Positions 9,079-16,415 of a stretch of DNA of 20,562 nucleotides are shown one piece after another (position 1 is the stretch's first letter; each line of letters begins with the position of its first letter). The notes below the pieces were generated by a model. That model saw only the letters and a list, made by a program, of their open reading frames with translations. It made no database searches and was not told where the DNA came from. Source of the stretch: Chthoniobacteraceae bacterium (GTDB taxonomy: Bacteria; Verrucomicrobiota; Verrucomicrobiia; Chthoniobacterales; Chthoniobacteraceae). The DNA lies in the NCBI GenBank assembly GCA_040081625.1, contig JBEBGD010000098.1, positions 1 through 20,562 on the forward strand, in the 5' to 3' direction. Made by a program: the position numbers and the translations under genes.

Positions 9079-9132
9079 GGCGGGGACAATCCACCAGCAC
9101 GGGCAAACCTTGGCCAGCGCGGAATCCGGACC

Positions 9133-10629
9133 CTACGTCAGCGCGCGCTTGAGCAGATTGTGCGTGATCCGCTGCACGCGCTCATCGGGCCCGTGCGGGC
9201 GGCTCCAGTGGCTCCACGGCAGCATGTGGCCCGGCGGGGAGGAGAGCCCTTGCACCCAGAAGATCGTCGCGGCGTTGAAGACGAAGTTTTTCTTCGGGCC
9301 GGGGAAGATGGTCGCGGTGTAGTGCGAGGGCGCGGTGCCGCCGGCCCACACGAGCCCTTCGGCGACGACTTCGAGGCCGGGGATCTTCGCGGGCGCGCCG
9401 TGGTGTTCCCAGCCGACGAGACCGGGAATGCTGTCGCCCGCTTTCATCCCGGTGCCCTCGAAGAGCCAGTGATCCGGCTTCGTGCAGGTCCAGTCGCCGC
9501 CGCCGTTGAACGGGATCACGGTGCGCGCGCCGATGATGAGCGATTCGTCGGGCCCGACGCGCTGGTGATCCTCGGTGAAAACGCGGCGCGCCTTCTCGAC
9601 CTCGTCGTCCGGCATGGCGGAGAAATGCCCCGTGCGCTCGATCACGCGCTTGTTTTCGCTGAACGGCGTGACGGAGCAGACCGCGTTGCCGGTGAGCCAG
9701 AGCACGTTCACGCCGGCGTCGATCGCGCCCTTCACGGCGTGGTATTGCCGCACGTCCCAATACTCGTCGTGCCCGACGCTCAGGAAGGTCTTCGCACGTG
9801 TGATCTGCGCGGCGTCGAGGCAGTCGCTGTTCGAGCAATACGTCACGTCGTAGCCGTGCTCCTCGAGCCAGTAGGCGAGCGGGAACTCGAAGCAGAGCCA
9901 CTCGCCCGAGCCGATGGAAAGCGGGTGCTCGTAGATCTGCGCATACTTCCCGTATGGCCGGTCGAAACTCGCCGCGACGCCACGCGCATGGGCGCCGCGC
10001 GGGTCGGTGTAGAGCGACGTGCTCTCCGGCCATTTGTTGTAAGCCTGCCACGTGTTGTCGCTGACCTGCAGCATCACGTCCGCCTTGCGCGTGTCGCGCA
10101 CGACGAAGACGACGTAGCTCTGCCAATACGGTTTGTCGCCCGTGTCGGGAAGCGTCGTGAGGCGGCCGAGATAGACGCCGCTCGGCCAGTCGGCGGGAAT
10201 CTTCAGCGTCGTCGTTGGCTCCCACTTGCACTCCACCAGACGCTTCTCGCCGACCGCCGGCACCGGCTGCTGCTTCCCGGCGAACGGGCCGAGCGTCTGC
10301 ATCAGCCGCGCGCCGCGTCCGCCGTAGTAGCCGGTGCGGAAGATCTCGATCGTGAATTTCGCCGCCGGCGTCGTGCTCACGAAAATATCGATCGCCTCGC
10401 CGACGAGCACCGACTGCTTCGAGCAGTAACCCTCGATCGCCGACGCGCGCACGCCGGCCTGCTTGTCGAGCCGCACGCGCGTGAGCTGCCAGTCGATCGC
10501 GCCAGGCTTGCGATTCTCGTCGGCGATCAGCGTCGGCTTCGCCGCCGCGCCGGCGGGCATCGCGGCGACCAGCGCCGTGGCCGCGGTGGTGGTCTGGATG
10601 AATTCGCGGCGGGTCTTGCGGACGTTCAT
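9133..10629 (-). CDS. Tat-exported N,N-dimethylformamidase large (beta) subunit family domain protein
   Basis: Tat signal MNVRKTRREFIQTT...AGAAA. Family motifs IEGYCSKQSV, FRTGYYGG, DWPSGVYL, NTWQAYN, SFDRPY, WLEEHGYDVTY and SVGHDEYW. 498 aa. Confidence 0.78.
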   Translation of the reverse strand: MNVRKTRREFIQTTTAATALVAAMPAGAAAKPTLIADENRKPGAIDWQLTRVRLDKQAGVRASAIEGYCSKQSVLVGEAIDIFVSTTPAAKFTIEIFRTGYYGGRGARLMQTLGPFAGKQQPVPAVGEKRLVECKWEPTTTLKIPADWPSGVYLGRLTTLPDTGDKPYWQSYVVFVVRDTRKADVMLQVSDNTWQAYNKWPESTSLYTDPRGAHARGVAASFDRPYGKYAQIYEHPLSIGSGEWLCFEFPLAYWLEEHGYDVTYCSNSDCLDAAQITRAKTFLSVGHDEYWDVRQYHAVKGAIDAGVNVLWLTGNAVCSVTPFSENKRVIERTGHFSAMPDDEVEKARRVFTEDHQRVGPDESLIIGARTVIPFNGGGDWTCTKPDHWLFEGTGMKAGDSIPGLVGWEHHGAPAKIPGLEVVAEGLVWAGGTAPSHYTATIFPGPKKNFVFNAATIFWVQGLSSPPGHMLPWSHWSRPHGPDERVQRITHNLLKRALT

Positions 10630-10662
10630 GAGGGTGGTGGTTAAACCGCTGAGTCCCGCTCG

Positions 10663-10684
10663 ACCTTTGGGCGATTCCAAAGGT
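10663..10684. promoter_or_regulatory. Perfect 8-6-8 inverted repeat ACCTTTGG-GCGATT-CCAAAGGT in a divergent promoter (candidate operator)
   Basis: Read directly from the sequence. It lies 33 nt from the ATG at 10629 (-) and 30 nt from the ATG at 10715 (+). Confidence 0.5.
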
Positions 10685-10714
10685 TCCGCGCGCTCGCTGA
10701 TTCTCTCCGAACCA

Positions 10715-11989
10715 ATGCATCCCACCGATCCCTCCCGCCGCCAGTTCCTCCAGACCACCGCCCTCGCCGCCGCCGCGATCCCGCTCGGCGCTCGCGCGAA
10801 GGACATCACCACCGACAAAATCCGCATCGGCCTCATCGGCTGCGGTGGGCGCGGTTCGGGCGCGGCGGCGCAGGCGCTCACCGCCGACAGCAACAGCGTG
10901 CTCGTCGCGCTGGGCGATGTCTTCCCGGAGCAGATCGAGAAGAGCGTGGGCGTGATCGGCGCGCAGTTTAAGGACAAGCCGGGCCGTGTGGAGGTGGCGG
11001 AGAACATGAAGTTCGTCGGGCTCGATGCGTATCAGAAAGTGCTCGCGAGCGACGTGGACCTTGTGTGCATCGCGGCGCCGGGCGGATTTCGCCCGTTGCA
11101 CCTCAAGGCCGCGATCGACGCGGGCAAACATGTCTTTTGCGAGAAGCCGATGGGCGTGTGTCCGGCCGGCGTGCGCATGGTGCGGGAGGCGGTGGAGAGC
11201 GCGAAGCAGAAGAAGCTGGCGATTCGCGCGGGCTTCTCGATGCGCTACGAGCCCGCGTATCGCGAGGCGATGCAGCGCATCCACGACGGCGCGATCGGCG
11301 ACGTGCTGGCGATCTATTCGACGCGCATGGGCAACCGGCTCACGCGCTTCGACGGCGTCCGCAAGCCCGGCCAGGGCGACCTCGAGTGGCAGCTCCGCAA
11401 CTGGCACTACTTCAACTGGCTCTCGGGCGACTACATCATGGAGATCAGCGTGCACAGCGTGGACAAGATCGCGTGGGCGATGAAGGACGTGCCGCCGGTG
11501 CGCTGCGTGGGCACCGGCGCGCGGCAGCAGCCGAACGTGGGAGACATCTGGGATCAGTTCGACGTGACCTACGAGTGGGCGAACGGGACGATCGCCGTGC
11601 TCAAGACGCGCTATCAGGACGGTGTCTATAACGAACACAAGGACACGATCATCGGCACCAAGGGCCGCTGCCTTCTCGACAGCTCGAAGGCGAGCATCAC
11701 CGGCGCGACGACGTGGCGTTACGAGGGGCCGAAGCTTTCCTCGCATCAAGTCGAGCACGACGAACTATTCGCCGAGCTGCGCTCCGGCAAGATCCCGAAC
11801 GACGGCGACCGCATGGCGCAGAGCACGCTGATGGGCGTGATGGGCCGCATGTCCGCCTACACCGGCAAGGAAGTGACCTGGGAAAAGGCGCTCGCGTCGA
11901 AGCTCGACACCTTCCCCAAGAACCTCGCGTGGGACATGAAGCTGCCCGTCGGCGAGTTGCCCGTCGCCGGCGTCACACCGCTGATTTAA
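10715..11989 (+). CDS. Tat-exported Gfo/Idh/MocA family oxidoreductase
   Basis: Tat signal MHPTDPSRRQFLQTTALAAAAIPLGARA, IGLIGCGGRGSGAA, KHVFCEKP and LEWQLRNWHYFNWLSGDYIMEISVHSVD. 424 aa. Confidence 0.9.
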   Translation: MHPTDPSRRQFLQTTALAAAAIPLGARAKDITTDKIRIGLIGCGGRGSGAAAQALTADSNSVLVALGDVFPEQIEKSVGVIGAQFKDKPGRVEVAENMKFVGLDAYQKVLASDVDLVCIAAPGGFRPLHLKAAIDAGKHVFCEKPMGVCPAGVRMVREAVESAKQKKLAIRAGFSMRYEPAYREAMQRIHDGAIGDVLAIYSTRMGNRLTRFDGVRKPGQGDLEWQLRNWHYFNWLSGDYIMEISVHSVDKIAWAMKDVPPVRCVGTGARQQPNVGDIWDQFDVTYEWANGTIAVLKTRYQDGVYNEHKDTIIGTKGRCLLDSSKASITGATTWRYEGPKLSSHQVEHDELFAELRSGKIPNDGDRMAQSTLMGVMGRMSAYTGKEVTWEKALASKLDTFPKNLAWDMKLPVGELPVAGVTPLI

Positions 11990-12002
11990 CCGCGCCGATC
12001 AC

Positions 12003-12884
12003 ATGAAACGGTTCCTCCTTGCCGCGCTCTGCGCCATCGTCCCGGCACGCGCAGCGGGCACGCGCGATCTCATTCTTATCGCCGGCCAGTCGAACGCCGT
12101 TGGCTTCGACGCGAAGGCGAGCGAACTGCCCGCGGACGCGGCGGACATGGAGGTGATGTTCTGGTGGCGCGCGGGCGATCCGCCGCCGGACGAGCACGAC
12201 ACGACGAGCGGCGGGAAGTGGACGCGCCTCCAGCCGCAGCCGCGCGGCGAGCCGATGGCGAAGGACGCCGGCGTGCCGCGGCAATACGGCAACTTCGTCA
12301 GCCCCGCCGGATTCGGCCCGGAGGTCGGGCTCGCGCGCACATTGATCGCGAAGGCGAAGGAGCCGCTCGCGATCGTGAAGGCGGCGTTCAGCGGCACCGG
12401 CATGGTGCAGGATTGGAACCACGCCGACTCCGGTTCCGGTGGCTCGTGTTATCGCGCGCTCGTTTTCGAGACGAAGACTGCCATCGCTGCCGCAAAGGCG
12501 AACGGCATCACGCTGCGGTTGCGCGCGCTCGTGTGGGTGCAGGGGGAGAGCGATGCGAACGCGCAAGCGGCGCCGCTTTACGCGAAGCGGCTCGGCGAGA
12601 TGATCGCGGCGCTGCGTGCGGAGCTCGGCGCGCCGGAGCTGATCGCGCTCGTGGGCGTGAACACGAACTTCGGCAACGGGAAGAACGCGTTCATGCCGGT
12701 CATCGTCGCGCAGCAGAAGCTTCTCGCCACCCAGCTCGCGCGCTGCGCCTACGTGGACACGAGCGGCCTGACGTATGCGAACGCCGCGCACTTTGACACG
12801 AAGAGCATGATCGCGGTTGGCCGGCGATTTGCCGAGGCGTTGCTCAATCTTGAAGCGAAGCCTGACGCGGCTGCGCCGAAGTGA
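12003..12884 (+). CDS. Secreted SGNH/SASA-domain carbohydrate (sialate-type) O-acetylesterase
   Basis: Signal peptide MKRFLLAALCAIVPARA, block I AGQSNA (catalytic Ser), FGPEVG, WVQGESDA and C-terminal HF (NAAHFD). Confidence 0.85.
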   Translation: MKRFLLAALCAIVPARAAGTRDLILIAGQSNAVGFDAKASELPADAADMEVMFWWRAGDPPPDEHDTTSGGKWTRLQPQPRGEPMAKDAGVPRQYGNFVSPAGFGPEVGLARTLIAKAKEPLAIVKAAFSGTGMVQDWNHADSGSGGSCYRALVFETKTAIAAAKANGITLRLRALVWVQGESDANAQAAPLYAKRLGEMIAALRAELGAPELIALVGVNTNFGNGKNAFMPVIVAQQKLLATQLARCAYVDTSGLTYANAAHFDTKSMIAVGRRFAEALLNLEAKPDAAAPK

Positions 12885-12897
12885 TTTGCTGCCGCTC

Positions 12898-15036
12898 ATG
12901 AAGCTCCTCCCGCTCGCATCGCTCGCGTTTCCACTGCTCGCTGCTGCCGCGGATGTGAACTGGAGTGTCTATCTCGGCGACAAGGCCAGCAGCCACTATT
13001 CGACGCTCAGCCAGGTCACGCCGGAGAACGTCGCGAACCTCGAGATGGCGTGGGTGGTTCGCACGGGCGGCGCGGACCCGAACAACCGTTCGCAGATCCA
13101 GTGCAACCCGCTCATCATCGACGGCGTGCTCTACGGCACTACGCCGGACCAGCAGTTGATCGCGCTCGCGGCGGACTCGGGGCGGGAGCTGTGGCGCTTC
13201 GATCCGGCGTCGGTGAATGGCATCACCAAGGCCGGCGTGAATCGTGGTGTGGTCTTCTGGGCCGATGGCGCGGATCGCCGCATCCTGTATGCGAACGATC
13301 GTTTCCTTCACGCGATCGACGCGGGCACCGGCACACGCGTGCCGGCGTTTGGCGACGGCGGCTCGATCGATCTCAAGCGCGATCTTGGACGCGACATAAC
13401 CGGTCTCGCACTCGGAGTAAGCACGCCGGGCGTCATCTTCGGCGATCTGCTCATCATGGGAATGCGGCTCGGCGAAGGCCCCGCGCCTGCCGCGCCGGGA
13501 CACATCCGCGCTTACGACGTGCGCACCGGAAAGCTCGTGTGGCGCTTCAATACCATCCCGCTGCCGGGCGAGTTCGGATACGAGACTTGGCCGCCGAACG
13601 CCTACCAATACATCGGCGGCGCGAACGTGTGGACGGGGTTCGCGCTCGATGAAAAGCGCGGGCTCGTCTTTTGCCCGACAGGTTCGGCGGCATTCGATTT
13701 CTGGGGCGGGAATCGCATCGGGCAGAATGTTTTCGCGAACTGCCTGATCGCGCTCGACGCGAAGACCGGCCAGCGCGTGTGGCATCAGCAACTCGTCCAT
13801 CACGACCTGTGGGATCGCGATCTGCCGGCGCCGCCGAACCTGCTCAGCGTCACGCGCGACGGGAAGAAGATCGACGCCGTCGCGCAGGTGACGAAGGCGG
13901 GGCACACCTACGTTTTCAATCGCGAGACCGGCGAGCCGCTCTTCCCGATCCGCGAGACGCCGGTGCCGGCGTCGGACCTGCAGGGCGAGTCCGCGTGGCC
14001 CACGCAGCCTTTGCCGGTGAAGCCCGCGCCGTTCACCCGCCAGCTCTTCACCTATGATGAGATCACCGACATCTCGCCCGAGTCACATCGGCAGGTGCTC
14101 GAGCGCTTCGCGAAGCTGCGGCCGCACACGCCATTCCTGCCGCCGAGCCGCGAGGGGACGATCATCTTTCCCGGCTTCGATGGCGGCGCGGAGTGGGGCG
14201 GCGCGGCGACCGATCCCGACGGCATCCTTTACGTGAATGGCAACGAGATGGCGTGGGTGCTGAACATGGTGGAGACGAAGCGCGCCGGCGCCGAACCGCT
14301 CGCGAGCGGCGAGGCGATCTTCACGCAAATCTGCGCGGCGTGTCATGGCATCGACCGCAAGGGCAACGCGGCGCAGAACGTCCCGACGCTCGTCGGAGTG
14401 GAGCAGAAGCTCAAAGCCCCCGACGTATTCGCGCTGCTCAAGACGGGCAAGGGAGTGATGCCGTCGTTCGGGTTCCTCACCGAGCGGCAGCAGCAGATGG
14501 TCGTCGATTATCTTCTCGGCACGGCGTCCGCCGCGGCCCCGGCGAATACCGGAAGCGGTCGCGATGAACTCGGCGGCGTGGATGTGCTCGGCTCGATTCC
14601 CTACACCACGACGGGCTACAATCGCTGGCTCGACGCGAATGGTTATCCCGCCGTGAAGCCGCCGTGGGGCACGCTCAACGCGATCGACCTGAACACCGGC
14701 GAATATCGCTGGCGCGTGCCACTCGGCGAATGGCCGGAGCTGACGGCCAAAGGCGTCCCGCCGACCGGCACGGAGAATTACGGCGGGCCGGTCGTGACCG
14801 CGGGTGGGCTCGTCTTCATCGCCGCGAGTCGCGACGAATGCATCCGCGCATTCGATCGCAGGACCGGCGCGGAGATTTGGAAAGCGAAGCTTCCCGCCGG
14901 CGGTTACGCTACGCCGGCGACGTATTCCGTCGGAGGCCGGCAGTTCCTCGTGATCGCCTGCGGCGGCGGAAAGATCGGCACGAAGAGCGGCGATGCTTAC
15001 GTCGCGTTTGCGCTGCCGCCGGCATCGAATCCATGA
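12898..15036 (+). CDS. Exported PQQ-dependent glucose/quinate-type dehydrogenase with an internal c-type cytochrome domain
   Basis: Signal peptide, then YLGD...HYSTLSQVTPENVANL, QCNPL, NRGV, GHIRAYD, GGANVW, PTGS, HHDLWDRD, GGAEWGG, PPWGTLNAIDL and ATPATY (Gcd-like). Haem motif CAACH at 14332-14346 and distal GVMPSF. 712 aa. Confidence 0.88.
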   Translation: MKLLPLASLAFPLLAAAADVNWSVYLGDKASSHYSTLSQVTPENVANLEMAWVVRTGGADPNNRSQIQCNPLIIDGVLYGTTPDQQLIALAADSGRELWRFDPASVNGITKAGVNRGVVFWADGADRRILYANDRFLHAIDAGTGTRVPAFGDGGSIDLKRDLGRDITGLALGVSTPGVIFGDLLIMGMRLGEGPAPAAPGHIRAYDVRTGKLVWRFNTIPLPGEFGYETWPPNAYQYIGGANVWTGFALDEKRGLVFCPTGSAAFDFWGGNRIGQNVFANCLIALDAKTGQRVWHQQLVHHDLWDRDLPAPPNLLSVTRDGKKIDAVAQVTKAGHTYVFNRETGEPLFPIRETPVPASDLQGESAWPTQPLPVKPAPFTRQLFTYDEITDISPESHRQVLERFAKLRPHTPFLPPSREGTIIFPGFDGGAEWGGAATDPDGILYVNGNEMAWVLNMVETKRAGAEPLASGEAIFTQICAACHGIDRKGNAAQNVPTLVGVEQKLKAPDVFALLKTGKGVMPSFGFLTERQQQMVVDYLLGTASAAAPANTGSGRDELGGVDVLGSIPYTTTGYNRWLDANGYPAVKPPWGTLNAIDLNTGEYRWRVPLGEWPELTAKGVPPTGTENYGGPVVTAGGLVFIAASRDECIRAFDRRTGAEIWKAKLPAGGYATPATYSVGGRQFLVIACGGGKIGTKSGDAYVAFALPPASNP

Positions 15037-16415
15037 AATCACTCGTCGCAGTTTTTGCAGCGGGCCTGCTCATCCTCGGCGTCGGCGCGGCGGAATCGGC
15101 GCCGAAGCCGAACATCCTCCTCATCTACGTCGATAACCTCGGCTACGGCGACCTCGGCTGTTACGGCAACGCGGAAAGCAAGTCGCCGCGCATCGACCAG
15201 CTCGCGCGTGAAGGCGTGCGCTGCACCGATTTCTACGTTGTCTCTTCCACCTGCACGGTCTCGCGCGGCGCGCTGCTCACGGGGCGGCAGCCACTCCGCA
15301 ACGGACTCACGCATCAACTCGCGACGACCGAAAACTGGACCGGCATCGGCCTGCCGCATCGCGAGCGCATCTTGCCGCAGTATCTCCGCGATGCGGGCTA
15401 CGCGACGGGATGCTTCGGCAAGTGGAACATCGGCTTCGCGGCGGGCAGTCGGCCGACGGAGCGCGGGTTCGACGAATTCCTCGGCTGCCGCTCGGGGAAC
15501 ATCCATTACTTCAAGCACACGTATCACGGCGATTACGACATCTTCAAAGGCATCGAGCGCCATCGCGTGAAAGGCTACAGCACCGACATTTTCGCCGACG
15601 CGACGTGCGAGTTCATCCAGCGCAACGCGGCGAAGCCATGGTTCGCGTATCTCCCGTTTAACGCGCCGCATTATGTCAGCTCCGTGAATACAGAACCCGG
15701 CGAGACGCCCGAGTGGCACGTGCCCGGAAAATATCTCCAGCGCTACGGCTGGCCCGCTGACGACAAGACCGAGAAGCATCGCTATCTCGCGCTGCTCACG
15801 GCGATGGACGAAGCCGTCGGACGCGTGCTCGATACGCTCAACGCGACCGGCCAGCGCGAGCGCACGCTCGTGATCTTCCTATCGGACATGGGTGCGATCC
15901 TGCGGCCCACGCACGGGCTCGGCGTCGCGTCGAATGCGCCCTTTCGAGATGGCGCGCCCGCGCTCTACGAGGGCGGCATCCGCGTGCCTGCGATCTTCCG
16001 TTGGCCGGGGGAGATCAAGCCAGGCACCGAATCTCGCGCGATGCTCAGTCATCTCGATCTGCTGCCGCTCTGCCTCGCCGCCGCCGGCGTGACTCCGAGC
16101 GCGGACCGCGTGCTCGACGGACGCGATCCGCTCCCGGCCCTGGCGGGCAAGGCGGATTCGCCGCACGAGCGACTGGCCTTCACCTACGGAAGGAATGCTG
16201 CGATGCGCGAAGGCCCGCTCAAGATCGTGCGCGGCACGGAGACGAAGCCGTGGGAGCTTTACGATCTCTCCGCAGACCCCTCCGAAAAGCGGAACCTCGC
16301 CGCCGACCGCGCGGGCGATGTCACGCGTCTCGATGCGACCTTTCAGGCGTGGCTCGCCGACGTGAAGCGCGATGCGAGCCCTCCCGCGCCACGGCCGCCG
16401 AAGCCGAAGCCATGA
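15033..16415 (+). CDS. Secreted sulfatase-family (S1-like) protein with non-canonical active-site motifs
   Basis: ATGA overlap with the upstream stop, signal peptide, KPNILLIYVDNLGYGDLG, CTVSRGALLTGR, GYATGCFGKW, PFNAPH, LYEGGIRVP and ELYDLSADPSEKRNL. 460 aa. Confidence 0.88.
   Translation: MKSLVAVFAAGLLILGVGAAESAPKPNILLIYVDNLGYGDLGCYGNAESKSPRIDQLAREGVRCTDFYVVSSTCTVSRGALLTGRQPLRNGLTHQLATTENWTGIGLPHRERILPQYLRDAGYATGCFGKWNIGFAAGSRPTERGFDEFLGCRSGNIHYFKHTYHGDYDIFKGIERHRVKGYSTDIFADATCEFIQRNAAKPWFAYLPFNAPHYVSSVNTEPGETPEWHVPGKYLQRYGWPADDKTEKHRYLALLTAMDEAVGRVLDTLNATGQRERTLVIFLSDMGAILRPTHGLGVASNAPFRDGAPALYEGGIRVPAIFRWPGEIKPGTESRAMLSHLDLLPLCLAAAGVTPSADRVLDGRDPLPALAGKADSPHERLAFTYGRNAAMREGPLKIVRGTETKPWELYDLSADPSEKRNLAADRAGDVTRLDATFQAWLADVKRDASPPAPRPPKPKP

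Noticed and set aside
9104..9117. Sigma54-like TGGC...TTGC upstream of the FG-GAP gene (minus strand TGGCCAAGGTTTGC)
   Set aside because: GG-to-GC spacing is 9 nt, whereas sigma54 promoters strictly need 10.
8404..11758. Long ORFs 8404-10644 (+) and 9182-11758 (-)
   Set aside because: Arg/Ala/His-rich shadow or off-frame translations overlapping well-supported genes, with no recognisable domains.
13798..13821. WDRD motif in the PQQ dehydrogenase as a sign of lanthanide dependence
   Set aside because: The D-x-D is diagnostic only within methanol/alcohol dehydrogenases. Gcd-type enzymes using Mg/Ca already have HHDLWDxD.
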